This document shows positions 29,816 through 40,513 of a stretch of DNA of 64,000 bases, piece after piece. The stretch spans positions 448,001 through 512,000 of the forward strand of contig CAWKFG010000004.1 in assembly GCA_963848965.1 (NCBI GenBank), given 5' to 3'. This stretch comes from an uncultured bacterium (GTDB lineage: Bacteria; Babelota; Babeliae; Babelales; Babelaceae). The stretch's first letter is position 1; each line of letters opens with the position of its first letter. A program made the position numbers and the translations under genes. Under the pieces are notes generated by a model, which had not been told where the DNA came from, did no database searches, and was given only the letters and a program-made list of their open reading frames with translations.

Positions 29816-32089
29816 ATGAAAAAGATAAGCATATCGCTTTTAGGTACTATACTGCTTATTGGTATATCAATAAGTGCTATGGAACCAGATCCGAGAAAAG
29901 TAAATTCTCATCAATCAGAGACATTAAAAAGAGTAAAAAATACTATACGAAAAGTTAATGAATCAGTAGATCTTAAAAAGCTCCTTATTCGTATTGTAGA
30001 AATTGTTACAGACTTTGTAGATGATAAAGATATAACGTGGGAACAAGTCGCTCTTTTAAATGATTGTATACAAAACAAAAAGCTAGAAGAGCTTGATGGT
30101 AAATATATTAATCTTGAGAAATTTAAGGTTCTAAGGCTAAGAGTTGGCATGGGTCAAACACCAACAAAAGCAGAGCTATTTGAAGCAATTAAAATCAACA
30201 GAGTTATAGAGCTCTTCGGTTACGAACCTGAAAGAGTATTGAGATATGTCAATCCTGAACAGCTTGCACGTGTTGTCTGGGATCACTATAGTAAAGATGG
30301 TGAATTGAAACCAGAAGTTATGCAAGCAGTTCTTGAAAATGGTATAGAAGTAGAAAGGCTTCCAGAGCTGTTACGACAAGATCAGCTCAATACCATAAAA
30401 AAATATTTCCATCCTGGCAAACTGCTTAAGCTTATTGCTGTTGATTATAGTAAGGGTACTATCAGCAAAGAAGAGTTTGTTAAAACATTGAGATTGAAAG
30501 AGTTAGTACAAGAATTTAGTCCATTAAGAGAATATGGCATCAAGCTTGAAAATTATGTTGACCTTGAAAGATGCACACTCAATCTCATAGAGTTTGGCGG
30601 TATGTGGCTCAACAATCGTCTTAATAGAAAAGAGATGCTTGTTACTCTGAAGAATTCTATTAAAGGAAAAGCATGTGCTGAAGCCGTCGGAGTAAACGAA
30701 GATATTTTAAGAAAATATATTTTCTGCGATGACTTTGAGCGTCTTATAGATAAAGTCATTGAAGGTAATCGAGTTACTAAAAGAGAGTTTTTAGGTATAT
30801 TTAACGTTCGAGCACTTGAACATGCAGGTATAAGTATAGAAATACTTGAATATTATATAAACTTTAAAGAGCTTGTAGAGGTCTTTAATGATCTTCCTAC
30901 AGAGAAGCTTATTACTCGACAAAGAGTTTTAGGCATCTTTAATATACAGCAGCTCGAAGAAGACTTATGTTTACCACAAGGAACAGTAGAAAGTATATTA
31001 GATCCAAGAGTTCCTGTAGCATATCAGCAAAGTAGATTAGAGCGGTTTATGGATAGATTTGATCCAGAAACATTATACAAAGTACGAGATCGGCTTTTGA
31101 GAATGGGACTTCCGCTTATTGCTCTCTGGTCTTTAGGACATGCAATTTGCCATCCATGTATGGAAGCCTTTGAACCACAATCATTTAAGGCAGGTATGAG
31201 TTTATTTGCACTTACTGGATTAGGTATGTTTGTAACTACGCGTGTTATTCCACAGCCACTACCATGTATAAGAACACTGACACTTAATACGTTAGTTCCG
31301 CGATTTACACGGTGGATGTTCGGCAACGATGACAAAACAACAGCTAAAGATCTTATTGATGCTACACATCCACTGTACAAAGAATTTGATGCCTTTGCAG
31401 ATAGTTTAGAAGAAAAGCATATCAAAGCATTACCACAGCCTTATATTCTTGGCCTTGCTCAACATAATCCAAGTTTGTTAAAGAGCCTTACTAACTGTAG
31501 ATGCAAGAGAAGCGTTCGCTCTCTTTCTAACTGCCAGTGCGGCGGCCTAGAAGAAGAGAATCATCCGTGCTTCATTTGCAGATTAAATCACAATCAACTA
31601 GAGCAATTGTGGACCCTTATTGAAAAAACAGAACTCTTAGAAAAGCTTAATGTAGAACTTCCTAATTTTGTTTGTTACTACAACTTTATACACAGCTTAA
31701 CGCTTGAACAAATAACGGAGATTGCTAAGATAAAGGAGTTTAAAGAAGCTAAAACAGAAAGTATTCTTGTTGCAGGACAAACTGATCCAGAAAGCTTGCT
31801 TAACGACAATAACATTAGCGAGATCCTTACTGTTGATCAAAGAAAGCTTTTAGCAGAGATTATTACAAAGACAGCTATTTTTAACGCACTAGAATCAGGA
31901 CGTATAGGATTCAAGGACTATACACAGTTTATTGAATCACTTACAACAGCACAGATACAGCTTCTATCTGAAGACATATTTGTAAATGCTCAAAATAATC
32001 CTAGGCTGCTTTTAGAGCAGCATAACTTTGTTTCTAAACTCTCTGCTGAACAAAAAGAAAAGCTGAAAAAGCTTATTGAAGATCTTTAA
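29816..32089 (+). CDS. Large secreted hypothetical protein with degenerate helical repeats
   Basis: GGAGG RBS; signal peptide ..SAMEP; recurring L..YV/I...L and T..E.L units. Confidence 0.7.
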   Translation: MKKISISLLGTILLIGISISAMEPDPRKVNSHQSETLKRVKNTIRKVNESVDLKKLLIRIVEIVTDFVDDKDITWEQVALLNDCIQNKKLEELDGKYINLEKFKVLRLRVGMGQTPTKAELFEAIKINRVIELFGYEPERVLRYVNPEQLARVVWDHYSKDGELKPEVMQAVLENGIEVERLPELLRQDQLNTIKKYFHPGKLLKLIAVDYSKGTISKEEFVKTLRLKELVQEFSPLREYGIKLENYVDLERCTLNLIEFGGMWLNNRLNRKEMLVTLKNSIKGKACAEAVGVNEDILRKYIFCDDFERLIDKVIEGNRVTKREFLGIFNVRALEHAGISIEILEYYINFKELVEVFNDLPTEKLITRQRVLGIFNIQQLEEDLCLPQGTVESILDPRVPVAYQQSRLERFMDRFDPETLYKVRDRLLRMGLPLIALWSLGHAICHPCMEAFEPQSFKAGMSLFALTGLGMFVTTRVIPQPLPCIRTLTLNTLVPRFTRWMFGNDDKTTAKDLIDATHPLYKEFDAFADSLEEKHIKALPQPYILGLAQHNPSLLKSLTNCRCKRSVRSLSNCQCGGLEEENHPCFICRLNHNQLEQLWTLIEKTELLEKLNVELPNFVCYYNFIHSLTLEQITEIAKIKEFKEAKTESILVAGQTDPESLLNDNNISEILTVDQRKLLAEIITKTAIFNALESGRIGFKDYTQFIESLTTAQIQLLSEDIFVNAQNNPRLLLEQHNFVSKLSAEQKEKLKKLIEDL

Positions 32090-32128
32090 AGTAAATACCG
32101 CCGACTCTGTCGGTAGTTCTGTCAAAAC

Positions 32129-32155
32129 TAATAGGCGCCTCCGGGCGCCTATTTT
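32129..32155. terminator. Bidirectional terminator
   Basis: aataggcgcc-tccg-ggcgcctatt between convergent genes. Confidence 0.75.
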
Positions 32156-32957
32156 ATTTACTTAATGTTTTTGCTCGTGCTTGTAATGCACTAAGTTGCG
32201 TTGTAAAAGAGCCAAGGTAATGAGGCTCATAAAAAACCTTTTGAGAAGCTTGTATCTTATATGGTTGTGCATATATATAAAGCGAAAGTACTCCTGTTAT
32301 ATCTTGTATACCAAGCCTAGAAAAAGCGAGTTCTAGAGCTTCAAGTCGCACTTGTAAAAGTTCTATATTGATAGTTTCTTCATCTGGTGACAAAAGAAAG
32401 ATACCGTACTGCTCACACAATGAAAGATATTCGTGAAAAAGAGGGACAACTCTGTTATTAATAATAAAATGAGAAGAAGCTACCATAGAAGGTAAAAGTC
32501 CTTTAAAGAGTCCAGCAATAAAACCGGTAGCTGGCTCAAAAAGTGTAAAGCGTGATAAAAGAAGAGGATGCAGTACTTCAGTCATAAACTTTTTAAGAAC
32601 AGAATAAGTAGAAAACTTGTTGCGTAGCGATCTATCGATATCTTGTATATTAGGTATATACTGAGCGATATCTGCACTAGTTCTTGTTATTTTCTGTTTA
32701 ATAAAACGATCCAGTTTTCTATTAATAAGCTCTGAAACTATAATCTGCCTTTGTAGAGCCTTTTCTTGAGCAGAAGAAAGCTTATCTTGTAGTTTTTGCT
32801 TTAGAATTTTAATTCGGTTATTATAAAGAGACTCTGATGGATATGCAATACCTACTAACTGTACTTGCCCTACATAAATACAAGGATCATGAGTACTTTG
32901 TTGCTCCATTGCTTTTAAAGAGCTCATTATGATTATAAAAAATATAACTTTTTTCAC
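32154..32957 (-). CDS. Secreted hypothetical protein
   Basis: GGAGG RBS before a GTG start; signal peptide ..KAMEQ. Confidence 0.65.
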   Translation of the reverse strand: MKKVIFFIIIMSSLKAMEQQSTHDPCIYVGQVQLVGIAYPSESLYNNRIKILKQKLQDKLSSAQEKALQRQIIVSELINRKLDRFIKQKITRTSADIAQYIPNIQDIDRSLRNKFSTYSVLKKFMTEVLHPLLLSRFTLFEPATGFIAGLFKGLLPSMVASSHFIINNRVVPLFHEYLSLCEQYGIFLLSPDEETINIELLQVRLEALELAFSRLGIQDITGVLSLYIYAQPYKIQASQKVFYEPHYLGSFTTQLSALQARAKTLSK

Positions 32958-32975
32958 GATAACCTCCATGAAATC

Positions 32976-33884
32976 ATGAACACTATTGACGAACTGCTTT
33001 ATAGAATCATGCACGAACTAACACCTGTATATCATTCAAAAGAGCATGCTCTTTGGGTCGCTTGGTGGATCCTTGAGCTTGCCACAGGTCTTTCTCGTAC
33101 TCAATTAGTTGCAAAGGGTTCTTTAGTACTACAGCCTGATCAAGAGAAAAAATTAACTTTTATTTTAGAGCAGCATATAAAACATCATATGCCTCTCCAG
33201 TATCTTGCAGGCTCTGTTCCTTTTCTAGATCTTTCTATTACCGTGCGTCCCCCTCTACTTATTCCACGGCCAGAAACAGAATATTGGTGCTCCCTTATTA
33301 TAGAATGCCTTAAGAAGCTAAAAAATCAACCGCTCACTATTTTAGACCTTTGTACTGGTACAGGTTGCATTGCCCTCTCTTTTGCTCATACATTACCTGC
33401 TGCTCACGTATACGCGGTTGATATAGCTGCGCAAGCATGTGCTCTTGCTCAAGAAAACAAAGAGAAAAATAGCATATCTAACGTTACCATTATTCAATCA
33501 GATTTATATACATCATTATCATCAGGTCTTTCATTTGATCTTATTGTAAGCAACCCACCATATATAAGTAGAAGTGAATGGCAAGCATTAGAACCTATGG
33601 TAAAAGAATGGGAAGATCCACAAGCACTTATTGCAGAAGCCCATGGCCTTGCCATCATTGAAGCTATTATCCAAGAAGCTCCTCAATGGCTTAAAAAACC
33701 AATTCCGAATATACCACAGATAGTTATAGAAATTGGTCATACTCAAGGACCTGCTGTAAAGAAGCTTTTTGAAGCATCGGGCTTTAAAAATAGTGTAGTA
33801 CATCAAGATCTTCAAGGAAACGATCGGTTCGTTACTGCATCAATAAAAGAAAGTGCTCACTTTTGTACAGATATTATGAAATGA
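32976..33884 (+). CDS. prmC: Release factor glutamine methyltransferase
   Basis: PLQY, LIPRPETE, LDLCTGTGCIA, SNPPY, EIG..Q. Confidence 0.95.
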   Translation: MNTIDELLYRIMHELTPVYHSKEHALWVAWWILELATGLSRTQLVAKGSLVLQPDQEKKLTFILEQHIKHHMPLQYLAGSVPFLDLSITVRPPLLIPRPETEYWCSLIIECLKKLKNQPLTILDLCTGTGCIALSFAHTLPAAHVYAVDIAAQACALAQENKEKNSISNVTIIQSDLYTSLSSGLSFDLIVSNPPYISRSEWQALEPMVKEWEDPQALIAEAHGLAIIEAIIQEAPQWLKKPIPNIPQIVIEIGHTQGPAVKKLFEASGFKNSVVHQDLQGNDRFVTASIKESAHFCTDIMK

Positions 33885-33959
33885 ACATTGCAGTATTTTT
33901 CTACTAATATTATAATCAACTTAATGAATTTCGAACAGCTTTTAATGAAAGAGGAAAAG

Positions 33960-34670
33960 ATGATCAGACGGTTTCTTTTTATCTATTGTATTCTTTCCTT
34001 AGCATCATTTTCTTCAAGCAATGCTATGCGGCTACAAAAAAGTCCTCAAAGCTCTATTGAGGATGAAATTCAAACTCTTAAAGAACAATCAGATGAAACT
34101 ATAACACTATTTATTAATCAACACCTGATACCAAATGATGCACTAAAAACAAGAACTGAAAAACTTTGTCGCCACATTGTAAGTTATGGTGGTTCAGAAG
34201 AATTGGCGCATTTTATTCTTGCTTTTGAAGTTAAGTTTAGTCTTAATTTTTCTACTAGTTCTTCCTTGTCCGAAGAAGAGTGTAAGGGTAAATTATATGG
34301 TTCAATCTTTATGAAGGAATTTGGCAATTACTTTAGATGGAAACGAGTTACACCTGAACAGATAAACCATATTCCGCTGGCCTTACGTCCTGGTATGGAT
34401 TTTCGTTTAACCACTGGTATGCTTGAAGTTATTGTCAAAGAGATACATGGCTTTCATCATGACATTCTTATAGAACTTTTTAAGCTCCATTCGCACCCTG
34501 AGCTTACAATTGAATTTAAAAATGAATTCAGAGAATATTTAACGTTCTTATGTAATGAGGCAATTAAACGTAGTAAATTGTTACATCTTATTCGGCCTTT
34601 TATTTTAACATGTAAAGTTATTTTCAATAAGGTACATTTTGATGCAGAAGAAGAAAGTAAAGGCACATAA
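33960..34670 (+). CDS. Secreted hypothetical protein
   Basis: Signal peptide ..SNAMRL. Confidence 0.6.
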   Translation: MIRRFLFIYCILSLASFSSSNAMRLQKSPQSSIEDEIQTLKEQSDETITLFINQHLIPNDALKTRTEKLCRHIVSYGGSEELAHFILAFEVKFSLNFSTSSSLSEEECKGKLYGSIFMKEFGNYFRWKRVTPEQINHIPLALRPGMDFRLTTGMLEVIVKEIHGFHHDILIELFKLHSHPELTIEFKNEFREYLTFLCNEAIKRSKLLHLIRPFILTCKVIFNKVHFDAEEESKGT

Positions 34671-34696
34671 AAAGACGATCGTATAATCTTATAAGT

Positions 34697-35323
34697 ATGT
34701 ACTCATTATCACCCTTTATTAGTATTATATGTAGTGATTCTGCGCTTATATGTAGTAGTATTATATTAAAAAATAATATTCCTTTTATAGAAGTACAGCA
34801 ACAGTATATGCTTGAAGATTATAGTATTGAAGGATACTTGTTTAATTATAGTAAGGTTCTGCATCAGCTTTCTACTTTTATCTCCGATCACCATCTTAAA
34901 AATCCAATCATTGCGTTGAGTCTGCATAATTCTTCAGTGAAAGAAGAATTTCACCGCACGTCATATGAAAAAGAAAACACCTACAATGGTTACTACTGGC
35001 AAGAAGTACAGCTAGAACATGATCTTTTTTATAGAGTAGGCATTAAACATGAAGTACTTTTTCAATATCATCTTCTTATGTTTACTGGAAAATTAAATGT
35101 AGTAGTACTTACTACACCATTGATGGCTCTTATTTCTTTTCATAAAAAGTATAATGCTCATATTCCTTTACCCCAGTGTTTATCGGTCAAAGACTTATAC
35201 TCATTTGTACTCAAAACAGCAGAAGCATCTCTTTACAAAGATTCTTTTATTCAAGATAGGGGTATACTTTTAGAAGCGGTAGGATTATACTCGCTAGCCA
35301 GGAGTATTTATGAAACCAGTTAA
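34697..35323 (+). CDS. Hypothetical protein (possibly a degenerate PilM-like protein)
   Basis: ORF overlapping a PilN-like gene; ends A.GL. Confidence 0.4.
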   Translation: MYSLSPFISIICSDSALICSSIILKNNIPFIEVQQQYMLEDYSIEGYLFNYSKVLHQLSTFISDHHLKNPIIALSLHNSSVKEEFHRTSYEKENTYNGYYWQEVQLEHDLFYRVGIKHEVLFQYHLLMFTGKLNVVVLTTPLMALISFHKKYNAHIPLPQCLSVKDLYSFVLKTAEASLYKDSFIQDRGILLEAVGLYSLARSIYETS

Positions 35324-35834
35324 TTTTATCTTCCCTTTTATTACCACCTCTTATTCAGTACGGCAGTGGCTCGTATATTCATTATGCATTATAGGTATAA
35401 CACTATTAGGCATAACGTGGTTAACATATTCTCAGCTGTGTATTTTACTTCCGCTCAAGATTGAATGCACAAAGCTTGAGAAGGAACAAGCTTTACATGA
35501 AGATGAAGCTCCTTCAAAGCAAAAGCTTATCTTTCAATACAAAAATATAAAAAAACTCTATAAGCTTCTTTCTACTAAAGAAACATTGCCTTATAAGTTT
35601 TTACTATCGCTTGCACAAGCTATTGGCCACGATATGTGGCTCGATGAAATTCATTGTATCCGTGCCAAAAAAGTTGTTCTTAAAGGACAAACGTATAATT
35701 CATTCTCTCTAGCACCCTTTATTACAGCGCTTTCTGAAAAACTACCGCAAGCAAAAATCTCGATGAACAATTTTACTAACAAAGAGAAGTATTTTTCCTA
35801 TGAGCTTGAAGTACTTTTTAGAGAGATACGTTAA
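35310..35834 (+). CDS. PilN-like protein
   Basis: N-terminal VNF, TM helix, coiled coil, MWL..I, V.LKG......L..F...L. Confidence 0.55.
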   Translation: MKPVNFIFPFITTSYSVRQWLVYSLCIIGITLLGITWLTYSQLCILLPLKIECTKLEKEQALHEDEAPSKQKLIFQYKNIKKLYKLLSTKETLPYKFLLSLAQAIGHDMWLDEIHCIRAKKVVLKGQTYNSFSLAPFITALSEKLPQAKISMNNFTNKEKYFSYELEVLFREIR

Positions 35835-36007
35835 TTGATACTGCAATTACCAGCAAACAAAAGTAAACTATCTCATGCTTCAAATCATTTCATTGCTTAC
35901 AAGTTAACAAACTACTTTTCTATAAAATCATAATACTATTGATTACTTTTTTTAATTTCTATTATAATTAAAATTAGAAATAAATACGTCACCAAAAAAG
36001 GAGAAGC

Positions 36008-36385
36008 ATGAAAAAACAGCTCTTATTTCTTACGTTTGGTTCTTTAGTAAGCACTTCTCTCTCAAGTATTGCCGCACAATACCAAGAAGCTGAGCCAGCA
36101 GGTACTACAGAATATACTGATGTAGAATACACGCCTGGTGCTTACAGAAGCTACTATCGTCAAGGAGCTCCATGGTTTGGAAGCTCTCATGATCGTTGGG
36201 GTTACCATTGGCGCCATGCAGATACGCCTTATCGTACCGGATGGCATGATAAGAGGCACCATCGTAAATGGGGCCGTCATGGATTCAATGGAAGACAGCA
36301 CGATTGGCGTCATAAAAGCCACAGACGTCATCATGGTAGCCACAATCACCACAGTGAACATCATAGCGGTCATCACAGACACTAA
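36008..36385 (+). CDS. Secreted His/Arg/Gly-rich protein
   Basis: AAGGAG RBS; signal peptide; His-rich C-terminus. Confidence 0.7.
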   Translation: MKKQLLFLTFGSLVSTSLSSIAAQYQEAEPAGTTEYTDVEYTPGAYRSYYRQGAPWFGSSHDRWGYHWRHADTPYRTGWHDKRHHRKWGRHGFNGRQHDWRHKSHRRHHGSHNHHSEHHSGHHRH

Positions 36386-36419
36386 TAAGAAAAAGGGGCC
36401 CTGTATAGAGGGCCTTCTT

Positions 36420-38513
36420 CTATACCTTAGTTAGTAAAAAAGAAACAACTTTGTAAAGAGTATGTGAAAGTGACCAGGCAACAAAAATAAGTTTTGAAAA
36501 AGCATATCCTAAAATAAGAAGTCCTATATAACGAATGTATGGCCTGCTATAGAGTATTCCGTAAGCACATAACAAAGCTGAACAAGTACCATAATATAAG
36601 GTGAGCATACATGCTAGTATCTCCTGCTTAAAGCTTGTAGAAAGTGCATAAAAGAAATGCTTATCATCAATAACTTTGTGTAATGCACCATAATAATCAG
36701 CCCATCCTATAATATACATACGAGCCCATGCAAATAACGAAACAAAAAGAGCAGCTCGACAGCACACTAAAATCCATAGTCCCTTGCGATTCAGGGGTGC
36801 AACACGATTGAAAAAGAGTGTAAGACTTAAAAATACAAAAGAGAAAGAGCCAAATAACCAAGTAAACTCAGAAATGGTCTGTAATGATGATGCTATCCAA
36901 TAATACATACCAAAAAGATAGAGCCCCTCTGCAAGCGAAAGTATCCCTAAAGCAAAAAGTAATCTTCTTTCATAAAGATATCCTCCCATTATCAATAAAG
37001 ATCCATAAAAAGCACACGCTATTGATAGGTAAGGAGTATGTACATGTGTGTTTAACCAATAAAAGCCTACAAGCGTTGCAGCTGCTTCAAGGAGCTCTGG
37101 CAAAAGAAGCTCTTGGTTACTTAATTGATCTTTAAAACGATGAGCAACTAAAGAAGTAAGCCCCAACATTCCACCGGTCATACCAAGCGCTAAGGAAGTA
37201 TTATGATAAAAAAGCGATGCTACTTCTTGTTGATAAAATATATGACTTATAAGTTGAAAAAATGAGCTCATCCATACAAAAAAAGAAAAGAAGCGCAGAT
37301 ATTTTTCTTGTATAAGAAAGCTTATCCCAAAAAGAACAAGAGCATAACTTTGCAGCGCAATAATAAGAGCTTTTGCAGTAAAATGAAGACCAATTACTCC
37401 TGTATAGAATCCTACTGCCAATGCTAATGTTGTACTTGTTAACGCCCGAGGAGCAGAAGTAAATACATGCACTATTACCGCTACTATACTATAAAGAGTA
37501 CCAAAAAGAAGACATAAATATTTGGCAAATTCTAATGAAGGACCTGTAGGTAAGAGTTCAAACAGTCCTGTCTGCATAAGAGTATAACGACAGAGCTGTA
37601 CATGAAAGAATAAAAAACTTACCAACGTAGAAGATGCAATAAGAAACACGTTAAATAATGAAAGTGTTTTTGGTCGTACTAAAAGAGAGCAAAAAGGAAT
37701 ACCTGTACACACAAGAAATAAGAGAGTACCAAAAACACTCATATAAGGTACTGACAGCGTAGCACCACTCATCCCATATACTGCAAGTCCACCAAGCGAG
37801 AGAAGCTGTACGTATCTCCACTCTTGCCAAAAAGAAACGCCAAAAGCACTTATACCTGCTGCAAATACGCCCATAAGAACTTGTAATGAATCAAGCCCTG
37901 GTATTACTAATGGCATTACCACTGCTCCAATAGTACTAAATGCTAAAGGCACAGAAATAGTATAGCGCAATGTAAAAATAAAGCTCACTATCCATGCTCC
38001 TACACTCAAAGCTACAGCTGTAACAGGACTTATTAAAGAGTAATAAACACTTGCACAAGTAGTAATCCACAAAAGAGCGCTACTTGCAGTAGCAGTATAA
38101 GAAGTTCCTTTATAAGAGCGGTTTTTTGCATATTCAGCACTTACACCAAGCATTAGAGCACTTGCTAAAGCACAAAGCATCTGTGCAAAAGCAGACGGTA
38201 GTCCATAACTCATAAAGTAGCGAAGAGAAAGAAGGCCACATCCGATCGTCCCTACTGATACCATAAAAATAAAACTGTTTATCTTTTTTATACGATCAAA
38301 CACAGAGGCTTTTTTAGGAACCTGCTCTTGTTGAGTTTCCTCTGCAATCGCTTCACGCACTACAATAGATTGTAACTCTTTAATAGTTTCATACGTAAAT
38401 GTTGCTGCTGGCAAAAATTTCTCAAGATTCTTAAGACGTTCTTCTTGCTCAGAAAGTTTTCCATGAAGCTTTTGAAGAGCATCAAGTAATTCTACGGCCG
38501 TTCTTTCTTCCAT
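36420..38513 (-). CDS. DUF2339-like polytopic membrane protein
   Basis: N-terminal coiled coil, many TM helices, C-terminal R..GL......K....Y.VVSF. Confidence 0.65.
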   Translation of the reverse strand: MEERTAVELLDALQKLHGKLSEQEERLKNLEKFLPAATFTYETIKELQSIVVREAIAEETQQEQVPKKASVFDRIKKINSFIFMVSVGTIGCGLLSLRYFMSYGLPSAFAQMLCALASALMLGVSAEYAKNRSYKGTSYTATASSALLWITTCASVYYSLISPVTAVALSVGAWIVSFIFTLRYTISVPLAFSTIGAVVMPLVIPGLDSLQVLMGVFAAGISAFGVSFWQEWRYVQLLSLGGLAVYGMSGATLSVPYMSVFGTLLFLVCTGIPFCSLLVRPKTLSLFNVFLIASSTLVSFLFFHVQLCRYTLMQTGLFELLPTGPSLEFAKYLCLLFGTLYSIVAVIVHVFTSAPRALTSTTLALAVGFYTGVIGLHFTAKALIIALQSYALVLFGISFLIQEKYLRFFSFFVWMSSFFQLISHIFYQQEVASLFYHNTSLALGMTGGMLGLTSLVAHRFKDQLSNQELLLPELLEAAATLVGFYWLNTHVHTPYLSIACAFYGSLLIMGGYLYERRLLFALGILSLAEGLYLFGMYYWIASSLQTISEFTWLFGSFSFVFLSLTLFFNRVAPLNRKGLWILVCCRAALFVSLFAWARMYIIGWADYYGALHKVIDDKHFFYALSTSFKQEILACMLTLYYGTCSALLCAYGILYSRPYIRYIGLLILGYAFSKLIFVAWSLSHTLYKVVSFLLTKV

Positions 38514-38832
38514 TGCTTTTCCTACCCACTCTTAACTTTTTTACTTACTTCATAACCATACTCCAATTAAAGTGCGTTTGCAATCCATCTTTTATACCTT
38601 TCTTTTTATCTTCTATGAGTAGAACTACAAGCAAAATAAGCGAGGAAAGTAAAACAGTTTCACCTTTTGTTGACAAATGTTGTTTAATTCTTACTTATTA
38701 AATGCAAAACATAACTAAATTATTATAATAAAGTAAGCTTAAAATCTAGCAGCACTTTCTATTCGTTTTTCTTTTGAAGGATCATCATCAAAAAGAGTTG
38801 TAAAAAAATTCATGCTCCTTTAAAAACCATAA

Positions 38833-39300
38833 TTAAAGTTTTGAACATACTGCTTTTATGGTAGCCAGTTCTTGAGCTAATTTTCGAGTCCAGTATTTAA
38901 CCGAGTTAAATGTATTAAAATTATCTTCTAAAACAGTAGCAATAGGGAGCCACAAGACTTCACTTGATTCAACTTGATTTAACACAAGCTCTTTTGTGCT
39001 TTCTGCAACCGCTAAATAAATGAAATCTATATGCTCACGAACACCAGGAATAACAGGATTAAGTTGCATACCATATGGCCTCATAAGCCCACCACCTACA
39101 GGAGAACGTTCTCCTATGAGTGTTATGTTCACCCCAGTTTCTTCAAAGCATTCCCGAACAGCTGCTTCATCGGGCAGCTCATTTGGGTCTACTTTACCTC
39201 CTGGCGGTAACCATTTTCCCAATTTACGATGGTTAAGAAAAAGCGTTTGTGTACCTTCTTTATCGAACACATACACAGTTACACAAAATAGTCTTTCCAT
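38833..39300 (-). CDS. NUDIX hydrolase
   Basis: WLPPGGKVDPNE....AAVRECFEETG Nudix box. Confidence 0.93.
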   Translation of the reverse strand: MERLFCVTVYVFDKEGTQTLFLNHRKLGKWLPPGGKVDPNELPDEAAVRECFEETGVNITLIGERSPVGGGLMRPYGMQLNPVIPGVREHIDFIYLAVAESTKELVLNQVESSEVLWLPIATVLEDNFNTFNSVKYWTRKLAQELATIKAVCSKL

Positions 39301-39472
39301 TGATTCTTTCCTTGCTATAGCCTCACTTCTTAAGCTCTATACAACTTATTTTCCCTCATAAGATTCAATTTGGCAAGTCGTTTGTCCTGCTTAGATATCA
39401 AATAAGTATGTGCTATACTAAGTAACAATAAAATTTTATAATTTATACAAAGTAATTTCTTGAAAGTATACT

Positions 39473-40447
39473 ATGGTAACAAAATTATTTGCTCTTATTT
39501 TACCTTTATCATGTTTTATGCCTCTTCTTAGTATGGAAGAGCCTGTAAGCACCTGTGCAGAAGTACTTATCAAAGCAGTACGTGAAGGAAATACTGCTCT
39601 TGTACAATCTCTTATTGAACAAGGAGTAGATGTTAATAACTGCAACAAATACAGTTCAACTGCTCTTCATGAAGCAGCACATAAAACGAGGCCCCACCCT
39701 AAAATGTCACTCAACCATTCTCACACTGAGGTTGAAGAGCAAACAAAGCATTGCAACTTTATCAATGAACAAAAGATTGTTATAGCTCAGATCCTTATTG
39801 CATCAGGAGCCGATATTAATAAACAAAATACTTCAAGAAGCACTCCTCTTATTAATGCTTCTTCTTCTGGCAATGAGCCTGTAGCTCACTTATTACTACA
39901 ACAGCCTGGTATATTAGTTAACGTACAAGGCGCTAATGGCGACACCGCTTTTGAATGGGCACTTATTAATCACCACTATAGTATTGTTGATTTGATTATG
40001 GATCATCCATCATTTGTTCCTCATCCTGCAAGCCCTTACCATAGATCCACTGTCTTACATCTAGCTGCAGCACAAGGTGAACACAAGATAGTAGAAAAGC
40101 TTTTAAAAATAGCACAAGACAATCTTACTACAAAGGATCATGAAGGGAATACACCCCTGCATCTTGCAGCCATCACTGGTAAAGATAAAGTTGTAGCAGC
40201 ACTTATAAAAGACGGTAGTATAGATATGCAAAATAATAAAGGGAATACTCCACTACATGAGGCTATTTTAGGAAACCATATAGCAATTGTTACCATGCTT
40301 GTTAATGCAAGAGCTCGAACTAACCTTAAAAATAATAATAATCTTACGGCAGTAGAACTCGCTACACAGCAAGTAGGCTATTTTGATTGGGCAATCAACC
40401 AAACTCGTCGTGCAATCTGGCTTTTAGTATCTTCAAAAAAGCCTTAA
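39473..40447 (+). CDS. Secreted ankyrin-repeat protein
   Basis: Signal peptide ..LSMEE; GNTPLH repeats. Confidence 0.9.
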   Translation: MVTKLFALILPLSCFMPLLSMEEPVSTCAEVLIKAVREGNTALVQSLIEQGVDVNNCNKYSSTALHEAAHKTRPHPKMSLNHSHTEVEEQTKHCNFINEQKIVIAQILIASGADINKQNTSRSTPLINASSSGNEPVAHLLLQQPGILVNVQGANGDTAFEWALINHHYSIVDLIMDHPSFVPHPASPYHRSTVLHLAAAQGEHKIVEKLLKIAQDNLTTKDHEGNTPLHLAAITGKDKVVAALIKDGSIDMQNNKGNTPLHEAILGNHIAIVTMLVNARARTNLKNNNNLTAVELATQQVGYFDWAINQTRRAIWLLVSSKKP

Positions 40448-40513
40448 ATAGCTCTATATAAATATTATTAATTACTACAAAGAGCTCAGTTTCAACGCTT
40501 TCTGGAGTCTATT

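Noticed and set aside
32093..32120. Hairpin taccgccga..tcggtag resembling an IS200/IS605 end
   Set aside because: Single short imperfect stem with no tnpA/tnpB nearby
36062..36434. Alternative-frame ORFs over the His-rich gene
   Set aside because: Shadow frames of low-complexity sequence; the 36008 frame has the RBS and signal peptide
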